Source of the DNA: a virus
Length of the DNA stretch: 64,000 bases
Reading direction: 5' to 3' (one strand)
IMG/VR virus record: IMGVR_UViG_3300029057_000206
The translations under genes were made by a program, and so were the position numbers. Shown here one piece after another: positions 17,526 through 26,859 of the stretch. The notes under the pieces were generated by a model, which saw only the letters and a program-made list of their open reading frames with translations, did no database searches and was not told the origin of the DNA. The stretch's first letter is position 1. Every line of letters starts with the position of its first letter.

Positions 17526-19442
17526 ATGGAAGGACAGATGAGTTTATTCAATACACCGGAGGTATCCGGAACATCGGCACTTAAGGTTTCCAGAGATTTT
17601 GGAGAACATATCGGAGGCGCGAGAAAGGAACTCTGGTCAGCTGGAGGCATCAATCTTGAGGATCTTTTGGATATGAATGATGCTGAGAAAGCAAAATTCG
17701 TAAAGAAAGACAATATCTGGAAGAAACCGGATTATGAGCAGATGGTCGAAGCTGGCGTTCCGAAGGTAGTCGCTTACGCGATCAAAGAGGTGCGCAATGC
17801 AATTCCAGCAAAGCCATATGTTTCGTATTTCGAGCAGGACGATCCAGAGAAGGTGAAATACCGGATGGAGTGTTACGTCAAATTCGTGACCATGATCAGG
17901 GATACCATGTCGGGTGTTTCTTCTGAAGAAGAGTTTATGGAGAAACAGCAGGTTGTTTACAATCAGATTGTTGATCCGGAGCGCAGTACGCGTTACAGTA
18001 TCTCTTCCAAACCGGAGTATACCGGATTGTTCCAGACGAAGCTTTTGCGTGCGATCCGCTGTGGTCATCAGACTTTCTCTGGCTACGCATACTGTGCAGA
18101 AGAAGAACAGTTTGCTGTGAAGAAAGAAGATAAGATACCTGCCGGATGGAAGATTGAAAAATATTCCCCGGATGGTTTTTACAGCCGTAGCCGTGTCGGA
18201 TGCATCAGGGATACTTACATTGTTTCCAAAGGGTATTCTGTCATTGAGAAGAATATCCCAACGTACGAGGAAGCACTTTGTAAGTGCCAGGAATACGCAA
18301 AGCAGCTGAGAGCCAAGAAGCCACGCAAGGCTTCCGCTACTCCAAAGCAGCTGAAACGGGTTGAGCGTACCGGCCTTCCTGATGTCCGGAATGGACGGGA
18401 TATCGTAGGAGAAGATTTCCTTAAAGATTTCAATATCCGTGGCGGAGAGTTCGGAAACTGGATGACGGAAAATGATGCTCAGTCAAGCCTGAACATGGCA
18501 TATGAAGCATTCTGTGACTTTGCAGATATTCTTGGCATTCCGTTATCTTCTGTGTCTTTTGGAGGCCGTCTTGCGATCGCTTTCGGTGCAAGAGGACAGG
18601 GTTCCGCAGTTGCACATTACGAGCCGCTTCGTGAGGTAATTAATATTACGAAGATGAAAGGGGCCGGGTCACTCGGTCATGAAATGTTTCATGCGCTTGA
18701 TGACATTGTAGCGAAAAAACTGGGATTAACTAAGATGATGACAGAATCATTTGAGAAAGATAAAATTCCAGAGAGTGTACTGAATGTGATTAGTGCAATG
18801 AAGTACCGCAAAGCTACAAAAGAGGAGATTGAATCAGAAAGAACGAAGAGGGTCAAGGGTACAGAAAACCGTCTTCGGAGATATATTGATTCTGTTTTCC
18901 CAGCAAATGATCTTTCTGAGGAACAGATAGAAAAGAGAGCAGAACTGGTAAGAGATATTTTCGAAGACAGATCGGAAACTCTCATTTCTATTGATGGAAC
19001 AGCGACAGCTGCAATCGAAGCACTTTCTTCATACAAAAAAAAGGTTACCGGACGTGTGATCAATAAAGAATCCAGAAAGAATGTGTTCTGGTCCTGGTAT
19101 GCATACAAAGAAGCGGTTACTGCTTCCTATGGAAATATGCAGATGACATCGGAATATTACAAGGAGTCAAAAAAGATGGATGATTGCACTTCCAAAGATA
19201 AGTTTGGATACTGGTCGTCCACCGTTGAGATGTTTGCCCGTGCCGGTGCATGCTACCTTACCGATATGCTGAGAGCCAGGGGAGCCAAGAGTGATTACTT
19301 ATCTGGACACTCAGAAAGCTGTGTAGGCATGGATAAAAACCTTAATCCTGTTTATGCGATGCCGCGTGGAGAAGAGCGCAAAGCGATCAATGCAGCAATC
19401 CATGACATGATCGAAGATCTCAAGGCAAAAGAACTTATTTAA
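17526..19442 (+). CDS. large hypothetical protein with an HExxH zinc-metallopeptidase motif (GHEMFHALDD); possibly ArdC-like or polyvalent-protein-like (low confidence)
   Basis: 638 aa. The HEMFH motif is in the middle. The N-terminal region has FGEHIGGARKELW. Confidence 0.55.
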   Translation: MEGQMSLFNTPEVSGTSALKVSRDFGEHIGGARKELWSAGGINLEDLLDMNDAEKAKFVKKDNIWKKPDYEQMVEAGVPKVVAYAIKEVRNAIPAKPYVSYFEQDDPEKVKYRMECYVKFVTMIRDTMSGVSSEEEFMEKQQVVYNQIVDPERSTRYSISSKPEYTGLFQTKLLRAIRCGHQTFSGYAYCAEEEQFAVKKEDKIPAGWKIEKYSPDGFYSRSRVGCIRDTYIVSKGYSVIEKNIPTYEEALCKCQEYAKQLRAKKPRKASATPKQLKRVERTGLPDVRNGRDIVGEDFLKDFNIRGGEFGNWMTENDAQSSLNMAYEAFCDFADILGIPLSSVSFGGRLAIAFGARGQGSAVAHYEPLREVINITKMKGAGSLGHEMFHALDDIVAKKLGLTKMMTESFEKDKIPESVLNVISAMKYRKATKEEIESERTKRVKGTENRLRRYIDSVFPANDLSEEQIEKRAELVRDIFEDRSETLISIDGTATAAIEALSSYKKKVTGRVINKESRKNVFWSWYAYKEAVTASYGNMQMTSEYYKESKKMDDCTSKDKFGYWSSTVEMFARAGACYLTDMLRARGAKSDYLSGHSESCVGMDKNLNPVYAMPRGEERKAINAAIHDMIEDLKAKELI

Positions 19443-19484
19443 CAACAACGAAGAAGGGCTTGCAGCGATGCATGCCTTTTTTTG

Positions 19485-19536
19485 TTTCATATTAAAGAAT
19501 GTAAACAATTTGATCATCGAAAGGAGAAAAAATACT
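19485..19536 (+). promoter_or_regulatory. leader module L
   Basis: tttcatattaaagaatgtaaac...atcgaaaggagaaaaaatactATG. Confidence 0.5.
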
Positions 19537-20421
19537 ATGAAAAAATCAAACGAAGAAAAAACTTATGCAACTCTTAAACTTGGTAAGACTTATAAGTTTG
19601 CCGGATACAATTGGATGGCCTGTGAAGTGGATAATGACCGTCATGTTGTTGTAATCCAGTCGCATGGGGTAACCCATGGTGCATGGCCGGGATATACAAT
19701 GCCACAGTTTGGAAACGGCAATTATTATTCCAATTCCATTGATGGAAAGGACATCAGCGACTACGATGACAAGATGCGGGCACTTTACGATGACATCAAA
19801 GATGCAGAGGATAAAGCTGCTCCTTATGGGGAAGGACTGTATTTGATATCAGTGGAAAAAGCCGAGTTTAAGGAATGGGATAACACAGGTTCCGGAAATT
19901 ACTGGCAGGCATTGAAGGCAACGGCAGAAAACGCCCATTCGTTCCGGGATGCCAATTACTTTGCGTGGCTCGGTGCTGACAATGGCAGCAAAGGCGCGTG
20001 GTGTGTTGACTCGGATGGCTGCTTCTACAACTACTTCAATAAACGCAACGACTTTGTTATTGCCCCATGCTTCAACTTAGATTTATCGAAGGTTAAAGTT
20101 GTAGATAACGAAATCGTCATTATAGACAATAAATTTGGTATATCCTTAATTGAGAAACCAGATGTTTATGGCCTGGTAAAATCAGAAATCATTAAAATGT
20201 ATGACATGCTGGACACGGATGAAGTATACCCGTTAGAAATCAGCGGTTCCCAGAGTTCTGCAATGGGCTTTATTACCCAAAAGGCAGCGGAAGTCATTGA
20301 TTATGACTACGAGAATTCGGGGCTGAATGAATTTATATCATCTATTCTGGATGATATGGATAAGGAATCAGAAGACAGTATCTATGATTTCCATGGTGTT
20401 AAAATTCATCTTGAACGTTGA
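19537..20421 (+). CDS. hypothetical protein, paralog family Y (GKTYKFAGYxW..C..VIQSHGVTHGAWPG..MPQFGNGN.Y..GSGNYWQALK..APAFNLDLSK) with an extra ~100-aa C-terminal extension
   Basis: Four related copies are in the window (19537, 61320-61760 fragments, 62548, 63159). Confidence 0.6.
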   Translation: MKKSNEEKTYATLKLGKTYKFAGYNWMACEVDNDRHVVVIQSHGVTHGAWPGYTMPQFGNGNYYSNSIDGKDISDYDDKMRALYDDIKDAEDKAAPYGEGLYLISVEKAEFKEWDNTGSGNYWQALKATAENAHSFRDANYFAWLGADNGSKGAWCVDSDGCFYNYFNKRNDFVIAPCFNLDLSKVKVVDNEIVIIDNKFGISLIEKPDVYGLVKSEIIKMYDMLDTDEVYPLEISGSQSSAMGFITQKAAEVIDYDYENSGLNEFISSILDDMDKESEDSIYDFHGVKIHLER

Positions 20422-20525
20422 TCAGTCATACATAACCCGATGCACCGGGAACTAAAAATTGAGGTTCCCGTGTAAAGGGGGAACCTCTTTGTTTAACAGC
20501 ATTGTGCTGAGAAAGAGAGGAAATT

Positions 20526-21371
20526 ATGAGCTATTACAAAGTAAGAAGTGTTGCATTTAAGCGGTCTATTGGAGAAATCTATGTTACCTGTGCCGATTCG
20601 TCTCTGCGCCCACTCAAGTATTACAGGAGCGAATACGCAGAGAATATTGAGGATTTCGCAGAAAAATGCAAGCTGTTCTGGGTGGATGTCCTGTCTGGAA
20701 ATTTCCAGTTTACGAAGAGTAATCAATGGCATTATTATGTTAAGAATGCTTATGCAGAAATGCACCTGATTGCACACAACATCGACATTTTCAGCAAGGA
20801 TTTGGATTACAGAACTAATTTTTATAATGAATTGCAAGAGTATGTTGCAAAAACTTACCTTGTACCTCTTGTAACAAAGGAAGCAAAACGTATCGATATT
20901 GATTTCGAAGCAGATTTTGCCGAGAGATGTCAGAAAAGATGGGATGAGATTGATAAGGAACGTGCCGAAAAGAAGCAGATCAGCATCCGTGCAGCTTTGA
21001 TATCAGATGTATTTCCTGGATGGGATACGCTTTTGAGTAAAAAAGAGAATCGTATCATTGTTGCAAAGAGTCAGAATTACGATAATCATGGTTTGCTGGA
21101 TAATTCAGATAAAACAGCTGTTCTACTACCAGAAGGCAGTGGAAATGATTGGCGCTGGATTGCGTACGCAAATATGGAAGATCTTCCGGAGATTCTGGAA
21201 AAATATCCGCAACTTGTAAGTGCTATCACTGTCGAAGCATCATATCAGTCCGGAGAGCGTGCTGTAATGGATGGCTATACAAAAATCTGCCAGAAACCAG
21301 ATGGGAAGGCTCTGTATGTAGAAAATAGTAATGGAAAAGTATCCTGGGCAGAGGAAACTGGATATTGCTAG
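20526..21371 (+). CDS. hypothetical protein
   Basis: 281 aa. RBS agagagg. Confidence 0.5.
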   Translation: MSYYKVRSVAFKRSIGEIYVTCADSSLRPLKYYRSEYAENIEDFAEKCKLFWVDVLSGNFQFTKSNQWHYYVKNAYAEMHLIAHNIDIFSKDLDYRTNFYNELQEYVAKTYLVPLVTKEAKRIDIDFEADFAERCQKRWDEIDKERAEKKQISIRAALISDVFPGWDTLLSKKENRIIVAKSQNYDNHGLLDNSDKTAVLLPEGSGNDWRWIAYANMEDLPEILEKYPQLVSAITVEASYQSGERAVMDGYTKICQKPDGKALYVENSNGKVSWAEETGYC

Positions 21372-21385
21372 GAGGTGTAAGAATC

Positions 21386-21682
21386 ATGCAACAAATTACA
21401 TCATATAACCAGCTGTTCACTAATATTTCAGAGCATCCAGAATATCCATACATAATCATTGATTTTCTTGTTGTAAATGATGAGAAAGTAGATCTTTGGT
21501 GTTCGCAGCGTACTTCATCATTATTGAAGATTGGAGAACCAAAGCATCGGCTATTGAGAGGAAAAGTAGCTTATGATACCCCGGAAATGAAAAGAATAGG
21601 CAGAGAGATAAAGAGAAAACTGCAGAAAGATTTGCGTGGTACTGGTTTTGAAGTGCATAGCAATCTGCGTTTTAGGTTCTGA
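21386..21682 (+). CDS. hypothetical protein
   Basis: RBS aggagg lies 8 nt upstream of ATG 21386. A terminator follows at 21700-21730. Confidence 0.45.
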   Translation: MQQITSYNQLFTNISEHPEYPYIIIDFLVVNDEKVDLWCSQRTSSLLKIGEPKHRLLRGKVAYDTPEMKRIGREIKRKLQKDLRGTGFEVHSNLRFRF

Positions 21683-21730
21683 CATTTACAGATGGAATTA
21701 AGAAGAGTCTTCTGGCTCTTCTTTTTTTTA

Positions 21731-21780
21731 TTGCATATTAAGGGTGTAAACAAAACATATTTGAAAGGAGAATTGAAACT
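21731..21780 (+). promoter_or_regulatory. leader module L
   Basis: ttgcatattaagggtgtaaac...tttgaaaggagaattgaaactATG. Confidence 0.5.
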
Positions 21781-22275
21781 ATGAAAGAGTACAAAGAATT
21801 TAAAGATCAGGATGAAATGTATAAAGTAATTACTTTCTGGAGTAATTGCTGCGGTGACCTGCATCACAACGGGGAATACGATGTCAGCGAGGAACAGCTT
21901 CCGGAAGAATTGCAAAGGGCATACCGCGAACTGTGGGAAGAAGGCAACGGATGCCTGGAATATCTTCTTGAGTATGGCGGCAGATATTACGTTGCGTTGT
22001 CTGCGGAATTTGATGGCGATTACGCAGATATGCTTGGTCTTTCCATGGACGAACTGTATGCGGTTGGTAAATGCAATGCACTTAAACTGTATTGCACGGA
22101 TCTGTTTAAGGATACACTGCTTCTTATGGCAAAAAAGCCGCTAGATGGAGATTGCCACGAATTCATATTCCTGGTTCCGGCAATGGAGTCGAAGGAAGTT
22201 TACGATGAAATCGAGAAGGAAATCAGCGAAAAAATCTGGGATGTCCCGAAGGAAGTTGTGGATAAGAGAAGATAG
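21781..22275 (+). CDS. hypothetical acidic protein
   Basis: 164-aa ORF. Confidence 0.5.
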   Translation: MKEYKEFKDQDEMYKVITFWSNCCGDLHHNGEYDVSEEQLPEELQRAYRELWEEGNGCLEYLLEYGGRYYVALSAEFDGDYADMLGLSMDELYAVGKCNALKLYCTDLFKDTLLLMAKKPLDGDCHEFIFLVPAMESKEVYDEIEKEISEKIWDVPKEVVDKRR

Positions 22276-22416
22276 CAACAAATCACTTAAGGGGGAATGG
22301 GAAACCGTTCCTTCTTTTTCTGCCTGCAAGCAGACGATGTATACAGTTTATTTCAAAAATTAAAATATGAGGTTTTTCAGTATACGGTTGTAAAAATATT
22401 TTTAAAAAAACTTTCT

Positions 22417-22462
22417 AAATTCCTTTGACAATTTTCCAGATGGCGCAATATGTGTATTGTAA
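22417..22462 (+). promoter_or_regulatory. promoter element P copy 3
   Basis: ttcctttgacaattttccagatggcgcaatatgtgtattg. Confidence 0.5.
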
Positions 22463-22602
22463 AGGTCATAAACCGGGCTGCCAGGGTTACCGGCTGGCAG
22501 AAATCCTTTCGATATTTGTTTACGCTTCCGGGGAAACCCGGAAAGGAGCAGGAGGACAGCAGCACATGCTGCTTCCGGGTCCGATTCCCGGATGCTTCTT
22601 TT
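22455..22602 (+). ncRNA. promoter-P-driven structured small RNA, family A copy 1 (~150 nt)
   Basis: The 5' hairpin is gctgccag-ggttaccgg-ctggcag. The terminator is a T-arm-like hairpin ccgggtccgattcccgg followed by a U-run. Three copies have conserved stems and vary only in loops. An SD-preceded mini-ORF (MLLPGPIPGCFFYK...) lies inside. Confidence 0.45.
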
Positions 22603-22665
22603 ACAAGACCGCACGAAGCGGCGCAAAAACCACATAAACATGACAAAATACAGGGAGATTAAAAA

Positions 22666-24969
22666 ATGAATCAGAATAAGAAGATAGCAGAGAAAAAATC
22701 AAGACCATACCAGCAGGAATGCATTGATAAGGTAGACAGCTTAAAAGAAGGAAGATTCCTGATTGCTCTTGCAACAGGGCTTGGGAAGACATGGATCTTC
22801 TCCCACTTTAAGAGATACGGAAGGGTACTTATTCTTTCACACAGGGATGAACTGGTCAACCAGCCGAGACGGTATTTCGACTGTAGTTTTGGCGTAGAAA
22901 AGGCAGAAAACCATTCCAATGGGGAAGAGGTAGTATCTGCGAGTGTTCAGACACTCAGCCATGACTCCCGTCTTAAGCAGTATAAGCCGGACGATTTCCA
23001 CACGATCATCATTGATGAGGCGCACCACGCTGCCGCACCATCCTATAAGAAGATCTTAAATTATTTTTCCGGCGCTAAGCGTGTAATCGGTGTCACGGCA
23101 ACTCCGAAGCGTGGCGACAACGTCCGGTTAGATGACGTTTTTAACGAGATTATTTATGCAAAGGATCTTCGTTGGGGGATTAAAAATAAATATTTAAGTC
23201 CGGTGCACTGCCGGGAGGTCCGTGCAAAATATTCCCTGAAAGGCGTAAAAAAATCTATGGGGGATTTTAATGTATCCGATTTGGACGGTTGTATTACGGA
23301 AGAAGCTGTAATAAGTGTTGCAAAAGTTCTTACAGACTGTCTCCAGGAGAATCGGCATATTCTTATTTATTGTACTACTGTCAGAACCTGTAATTTCCTG
23401 AAGGCAGTAGTTGACAAACTGCTCCCGGAAAAAGAACGTGGCAGTGTTGCTGTTTTATCAGGGAAAACACAGGAAGAAGATAGAAAAAATATGCTTGATG
23501 GTTTTATGAACGGGAGTGTCCGCGCCATTATTAACTGCATGGTTTTAACAGAAGGTACAGATCTTCCTATTGCGGATACCATTATCAACTTCCGGCCGAC
23601 GTGCAACGCGTCTTTGTATCAGCAGATCATCGGAAGAGGAACCCGGCTCTATGAAGGTAAGGAAAACTGTTTATGCATTGATATTCTTCCAGATGATGGC
23701 AGCGGGACAAGAAATCTGTGTACAGCTCTTACTCTTTTTGGTATAGATGCAAAACTTCTTGGAAAGAAACAGTCTCGAATGCTTGAAGGTGAGATTGATC
23801 CGCTTGAGATTAGCGATGAAATTGCAGGACGATTTGCAGAACTTACAAAGGCGTATGAATATCGGTTGGAGCAGGTTAATCGCTTTGTGCAGGAGCAGGA
23901 AGAAATTATATCTTCTGCGCGGAAGAAACCACATGCAGATTTAAGCGACCTTGCGCATGCAGTAGATAAATATAATTCAAAGAAAATGGATGAATTCCAA
24001 AATGATTATGATTTTCTTGGAATGGATTACTCACTTATGCCGGATACGGAACATCGTTATTGTATCAAACCTACATGGAATGACCATATTTACCTTGCTG
24101 ATCCAGATGTTATGGGTAATACAACAGTTACGTTTGATCTTACTGCCAGTGTCGGGAAATATTATATCGGTGAAATGAAAATGCAGGATGCAATTTCATT
24201 TGTTCATGATTTTTGTATGGTATCTCCAGATTATATGAAATATTCCTGGAACGTGGCATTACAAGATGAATGGGGGAAAATAAAAGCAACTGAAAATCAA
24301 ATTGGACGTCTTATGAATGAGTATGACGGGTTTCACAAAGGAAATATTAACAAACTTCAAGCATCCAGACTGATTGATCTTGCCTCTCGTATTTCGAAGA
24401 TGAAGGCAGAGGGGAAAATGATGCTTATTACACCAAGAATGCAGGAAAAAACAATTGATAAAAAAAAGAAAATGTTTAAGGAAATACTCGAAAAGGAACT
24501 GAGGGCAAAAGAGCAGGGGCGTAGTGAGTTTGGAGAATTCCAGTCGAAAATCTTTGCTTTGGCAGAAAAAAAGAAAAAAGACGAAGAGAAATTAAAGAAC
24601 CAAAAGCCTTTGGAAGAAGAAATGCTCGAAAATGGGGCGATTACAGTTAATATTGCTGTTTTTAGTTCAAAAAAAACAGCAAGCGATGCGCAGATAAAAT
24701 TTCTTGGTAATTTAAAAGATAAATTAAAAAACAGAGGAGTGGCTGTCGATAAAAAAATTCCTTATATAGGAATGGGAGCAGAAGAGGCAAGTGTATATAT
24801 TACTATATTAAAAACGCTTGTAGATCGTAACGTAGACCTTATAAAATATGGTAAAAAAATTTATTTTAATCCAAATACAATCATGAGTGTTGTATTAAAA
24901 CTAAAGGACACTTCATCCAGAGAAATTAAATGTTGTATCCCGTTCGAAAAAATAGAAGAATTGAGATAA
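22666..24969 (+). CDS. SF2 DEAH-box helicase (COG1061/type-III-res-like core) with a ~350-aa K/E-rich C-terminal extension
   Basis: Motif I ATGLGKT, motif II IIIDEAHH, motif III TAT, motif VI QQIIGRGTR. There is no HD nuclease domain. Confidence 0.75.
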   Translation: MNQNKKIAEKKSRPYQQECIDKVDSLKEGRFLIALATGLGKTWIFSHFKRYGRVLILSHRDELVNQPRRYFDCSFGVEKAENHSNGEEVVSASVQTLSHDSRLKQYKPDDFHTIIIDEAHHAAAPSYKKILNYFSGAKRVIGVTATPKRGDNVRLDDVFNEIIYAKDLRWGIKNKYLSPVHCREVRAKYSLKGVKKSMGDFNVSDLDGCITEEAVISVAKVLTDCLQENRHILIYCTTVRTCNFLKAVVDKLLPEKERGSVAVLSGKTQEEDRKNMLDGFMNGSVRAIINCMVLTEGTDLPIADTIINFRPTCNASLYQQIIGRGTRLYEGKENCLCIDILPDDGSGTRNLCTALTLFGIDAKLLGKKQSRMLEGEIDPLEISDEIAGRFAELTKAYEYRLEQVNRFVQEQEEIISSARKKPHADLSDLAHAVDKYNSKKMDEFQNDYDFLGMDYSLMPDTEHRYCIKPTWNDHIYLADPDVMGNTTVTFDLTASVGKYYIGEMKMQDAISFVHDFCMVSPDYMKYSWNVALQDEWGKIKATENQIGRLMNEYDGFHKGNINKLQASRLIDLASRISKMKAEGKMMLITPRMQEKTIDKKKKMFKEILEKELRAKEQGRSEFGEFQSKIFALAEKKKKDEEKLKNQKPLEEEMLENGAITVNIAVFSSKKTASDAQIKFLGNLKDKLKNRGVAVDKKIPYIGMGAEEASVYITILKTLVDRNVDLIKYGKKIYFNPNTIMSVVLKLKDTSSREIKCCIPFEKIEELR

Positions 24970-25030
24970 TAATATTATATTAAAATAAAAGTTTGTTACT
25001 ATGTATAAAAATAAATACAATATTCTTTTA

Positions 25031-25078
25031 AAATTTTTTTGACGTTTGTTTAAATGGCGCAATATTCATAACGAAGGA
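25031..25078 (+). promoter_or_regulatory. promoter element P copy 4, acting as the leader of CRISPR array 1
   Basis: ttttttgacgtttgtttaaatggcgcaatattcataacg, ~70 nt upstream of the first repeat. Confidence 0.45.
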
Positions 25079-25143
25079 AGTAAACAGTTAAAAATAATCC
25101 CACGGGGATAGAGGTTAGTGAATAGCTTTAAGCCACTGTTATA

Positions 25144-25376
25144 GTTGCACCACGCAAGGGTGCAGGGGTGAAATATTATACTGAATCGTCGCTGCCTGCA
25201 TAGATATAGTTGCATCCCTTATGGGATGTATGGGTTGAAATTCAATAGAAACAGATGCATTCGGAGGTGTTACAAGTTGCACCCCCGCAAGGGGTGCATG
25301 GGTTGAAAATAAGAAATGGTAGGAAGGAATTCAGATATGAACATTAGTTGCATCCCGCAAGGGTGCAGGGGTGAAG
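25144..25376 (+). CRISPR. CRISPR array 1: 4 degenerate type I-C-like repeats (31-34 nt) and 3 spacers (34-37 nt)
   Basis: Repeats are gttgcaccacgcaagggtgcaggggtgaaat, gttgcatcccttatgggatgtatgggttgaaat, gttgcacccccgcaaggggtgcatgggttgaaaa and gttgcatcccgcaagggtgcaggggtgaag. They end in the I-C-like (G)GTTGAAAT. Spacer 2 is near-identical to a spacer in array 3. Confidence 0.75.
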
Positions 25377-25536
25377 TAAAAGGATGTTGCCAGATATGTC
25401 AACCAAACTCGACTATTGAATAAATAACCGAGCATGATTCCTTCGGAACTGCTGAATCATGTAGTCTGACTGGTGAAGCGATGGTATACATATTTGAACA
25501 AATTAAACAAAAATACAGAATCAGAGGGAAAATAAT

Positions 25537-26184
25537 ATGTCAAAAACAAAAGGACTATCAAAGAAGAAAAAATTACTAAAAACGCTCATACATAAATACC
25601 TTCCATTGCAGGTACTACTTACTGTCTTTTTGTATGCAGTAATTGTATTTATTAACATTCCAATTAATAAATGGCTTACTCTCAACTGTCAGAAATGGTC
25701 AAGTGGGGAATATCATTTTTATGATGCATTTTTTATTCTTCCATTTGCTGAACTGTTAATTTTTGCCATTATGTCTGCCGTTATTTGCGCTGTTTATTAT
25801 TTTGTCAGTGGAATAATCGCATATAGGAATTACTGTTACATTCCACTTACAGAAGATGAAATCAAGAAAAAAGGATTTAAAAATGCAGATGAGTATTTTG
25901 CTTATGTGTGCAACATGTGTTCTTATGGTTTTAAAAATAATAAAGACTACATTCTTGTTGGTGATGAAGACCTCCAAAAAATGTTAACTACCTGTCTGCA
26001 GGTATTTCCTGATAATGGGACAATTTTTGGAATAAACCGCCATATGGTACGAAATATCATATGGGATCCTGATTTTCTTTCCGCACTTGCACTAGCCAGT
26101 GACCAAAGGGCGGAAATCATCAATGGACGTGTTGTATTGTCTGGCACCACAAAAGATGGTGACAGAAAAGAATATAAGATATAA
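25537..26184 (+). CDS. array-adjacent membrane protein, family X (two TM helices plus a ~120-aa C-terminal domain)
   Basis: 215 aa. It is paralogous to 46747..47394 (same position relative to array 4) and to 26459..26791. Confidence 0.6.
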   Translation: MSKTKGLSKKKKLLKTLIHKYLPLQVLLTVFLYAVIVFINIPINKWLTLNCQKWSSGEYHFYDAFFILPFAELLIFAIMSAVICAVYYFVSGIIAYRNYCYIPLTEDEIKKKGFKNADEYFAYVCNMCSYGFKNNKDYILVGDEDLQKMLTTCLQVFPDNGTIFGINRHMVRNIIWDPDFLSALALASDQRAEIINGRVVLSGTTKDGDRKEYKI

Positions 26185-26200
26185 AGCAAGGAGATATAAT

Positions 26201-26419
26201 ATGTCAAAGAAAGCATCAGAAACACCGGAGGTGCCATCATATATCCCTCCGGCAAGTGAAAAGGAAAAGATTATAGAAAAGATCCGAAAAAAAGGAATTG
26301 AATGCAAACCGGATGGTACCGGGATTCCAATATTCTACACAAATGACCCGAAAGTAATGGATATGATCCGAAAAGAGATCAATGAACGATTTTCGTTCGG
26401 GTTTCATATTCGTCCATAG
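26201..26419 (+). CDS. hypothetical small protein
   Basis: RBS aaggagat, then ATG 26201. 72 aa. Confidence 0.45.
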   Translation: MSKKASETPEVPSYIPPASEKEKIIEKIRKKGIECKPDGTGIPIFYTNDPKVMDMIRKEINERFSFGFHIRP

Positions 26420-26458
26420 GGAAAATAATAGAAAATAAGATTATAGGAGAAATAGTAC

Positions 26459-26791
26459 ATGTCAAAGAAAAAAATATCAAAAAAGAAAAATGTATTAAAG
26501 GTGTTATGGAATGAGTGTATAACATTCAAGGTGTTAATTTTTATCATAGCATATGTAGTGCTTGCGTTTATTAATATGCCATTTGAAAAATGGCTCTCAC
26601 TTTATTTCGAATGGGAAAAATTAAAGGATTATCAAGAAGTATTCATGGAGGAGATAACATTATTAGTAATTCTCCCTCTCATGGAGATAGCTGCTGTTGC
26701 ATTAATTTGTTTTATTATCTATGAGTTTTTTTGCTCTGTCAGTAAGATGATTGCATCTGATGAAGTAATTTCGATTGAAAAGGAAGAATGA
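26459..26791 (+). CDS. membrane protein, family X (short paralog, N-terminal TM part only)
   Basis: The MSKKKISKKKNVLKVLWNEC N-terminus is shared with 46747. Confidence 0.5.
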   Translation: MSKKKISKKKNVLKVLWNECITFKVLIFIIAYVVLAFINMPFEKWLSLYFEWEKLKDYQEVFMEEITLLVILPLMEIAAVALICFIIYEFFCSVSKMIASDEVISIEKEE

Positions 26792-26859
26792 TACGAAAAG
26801 AACACCGCTATTAGGTCAGAAATAAATAGCAGAGGTTTGCAGATATAAGGAGGATCGGA

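Noticed and set aside
19485-19507. Reading TTTCATATT...TGTAAAC as a sigma-70 -35/-10 pair
   Set aside because: The two blocks are only 4-6 nt apart and TGTAAAC lies ~30 nt from the ATG. The geometry is incompatible with 17-bp spacing.
22402-22662. Several 60-90-aa ORFs on both strands inside the family-A RNA copies (also 39029-39445 and 34132-34335)
   Set aside because: Three copies conserve hairpin stems and vary in loops. The ORFs differ in frame and strand between copies. Only the short SD-preceded mini-ORF is kept as a possibility.
22666-24969. Helicase as a stand-in Cas3
   Set aside because: It has an SF2 DEAH core but no HD nuclease domain, and no Cas3-specific motifs are recognisable. 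It also lies 18 kb from the cas genes.
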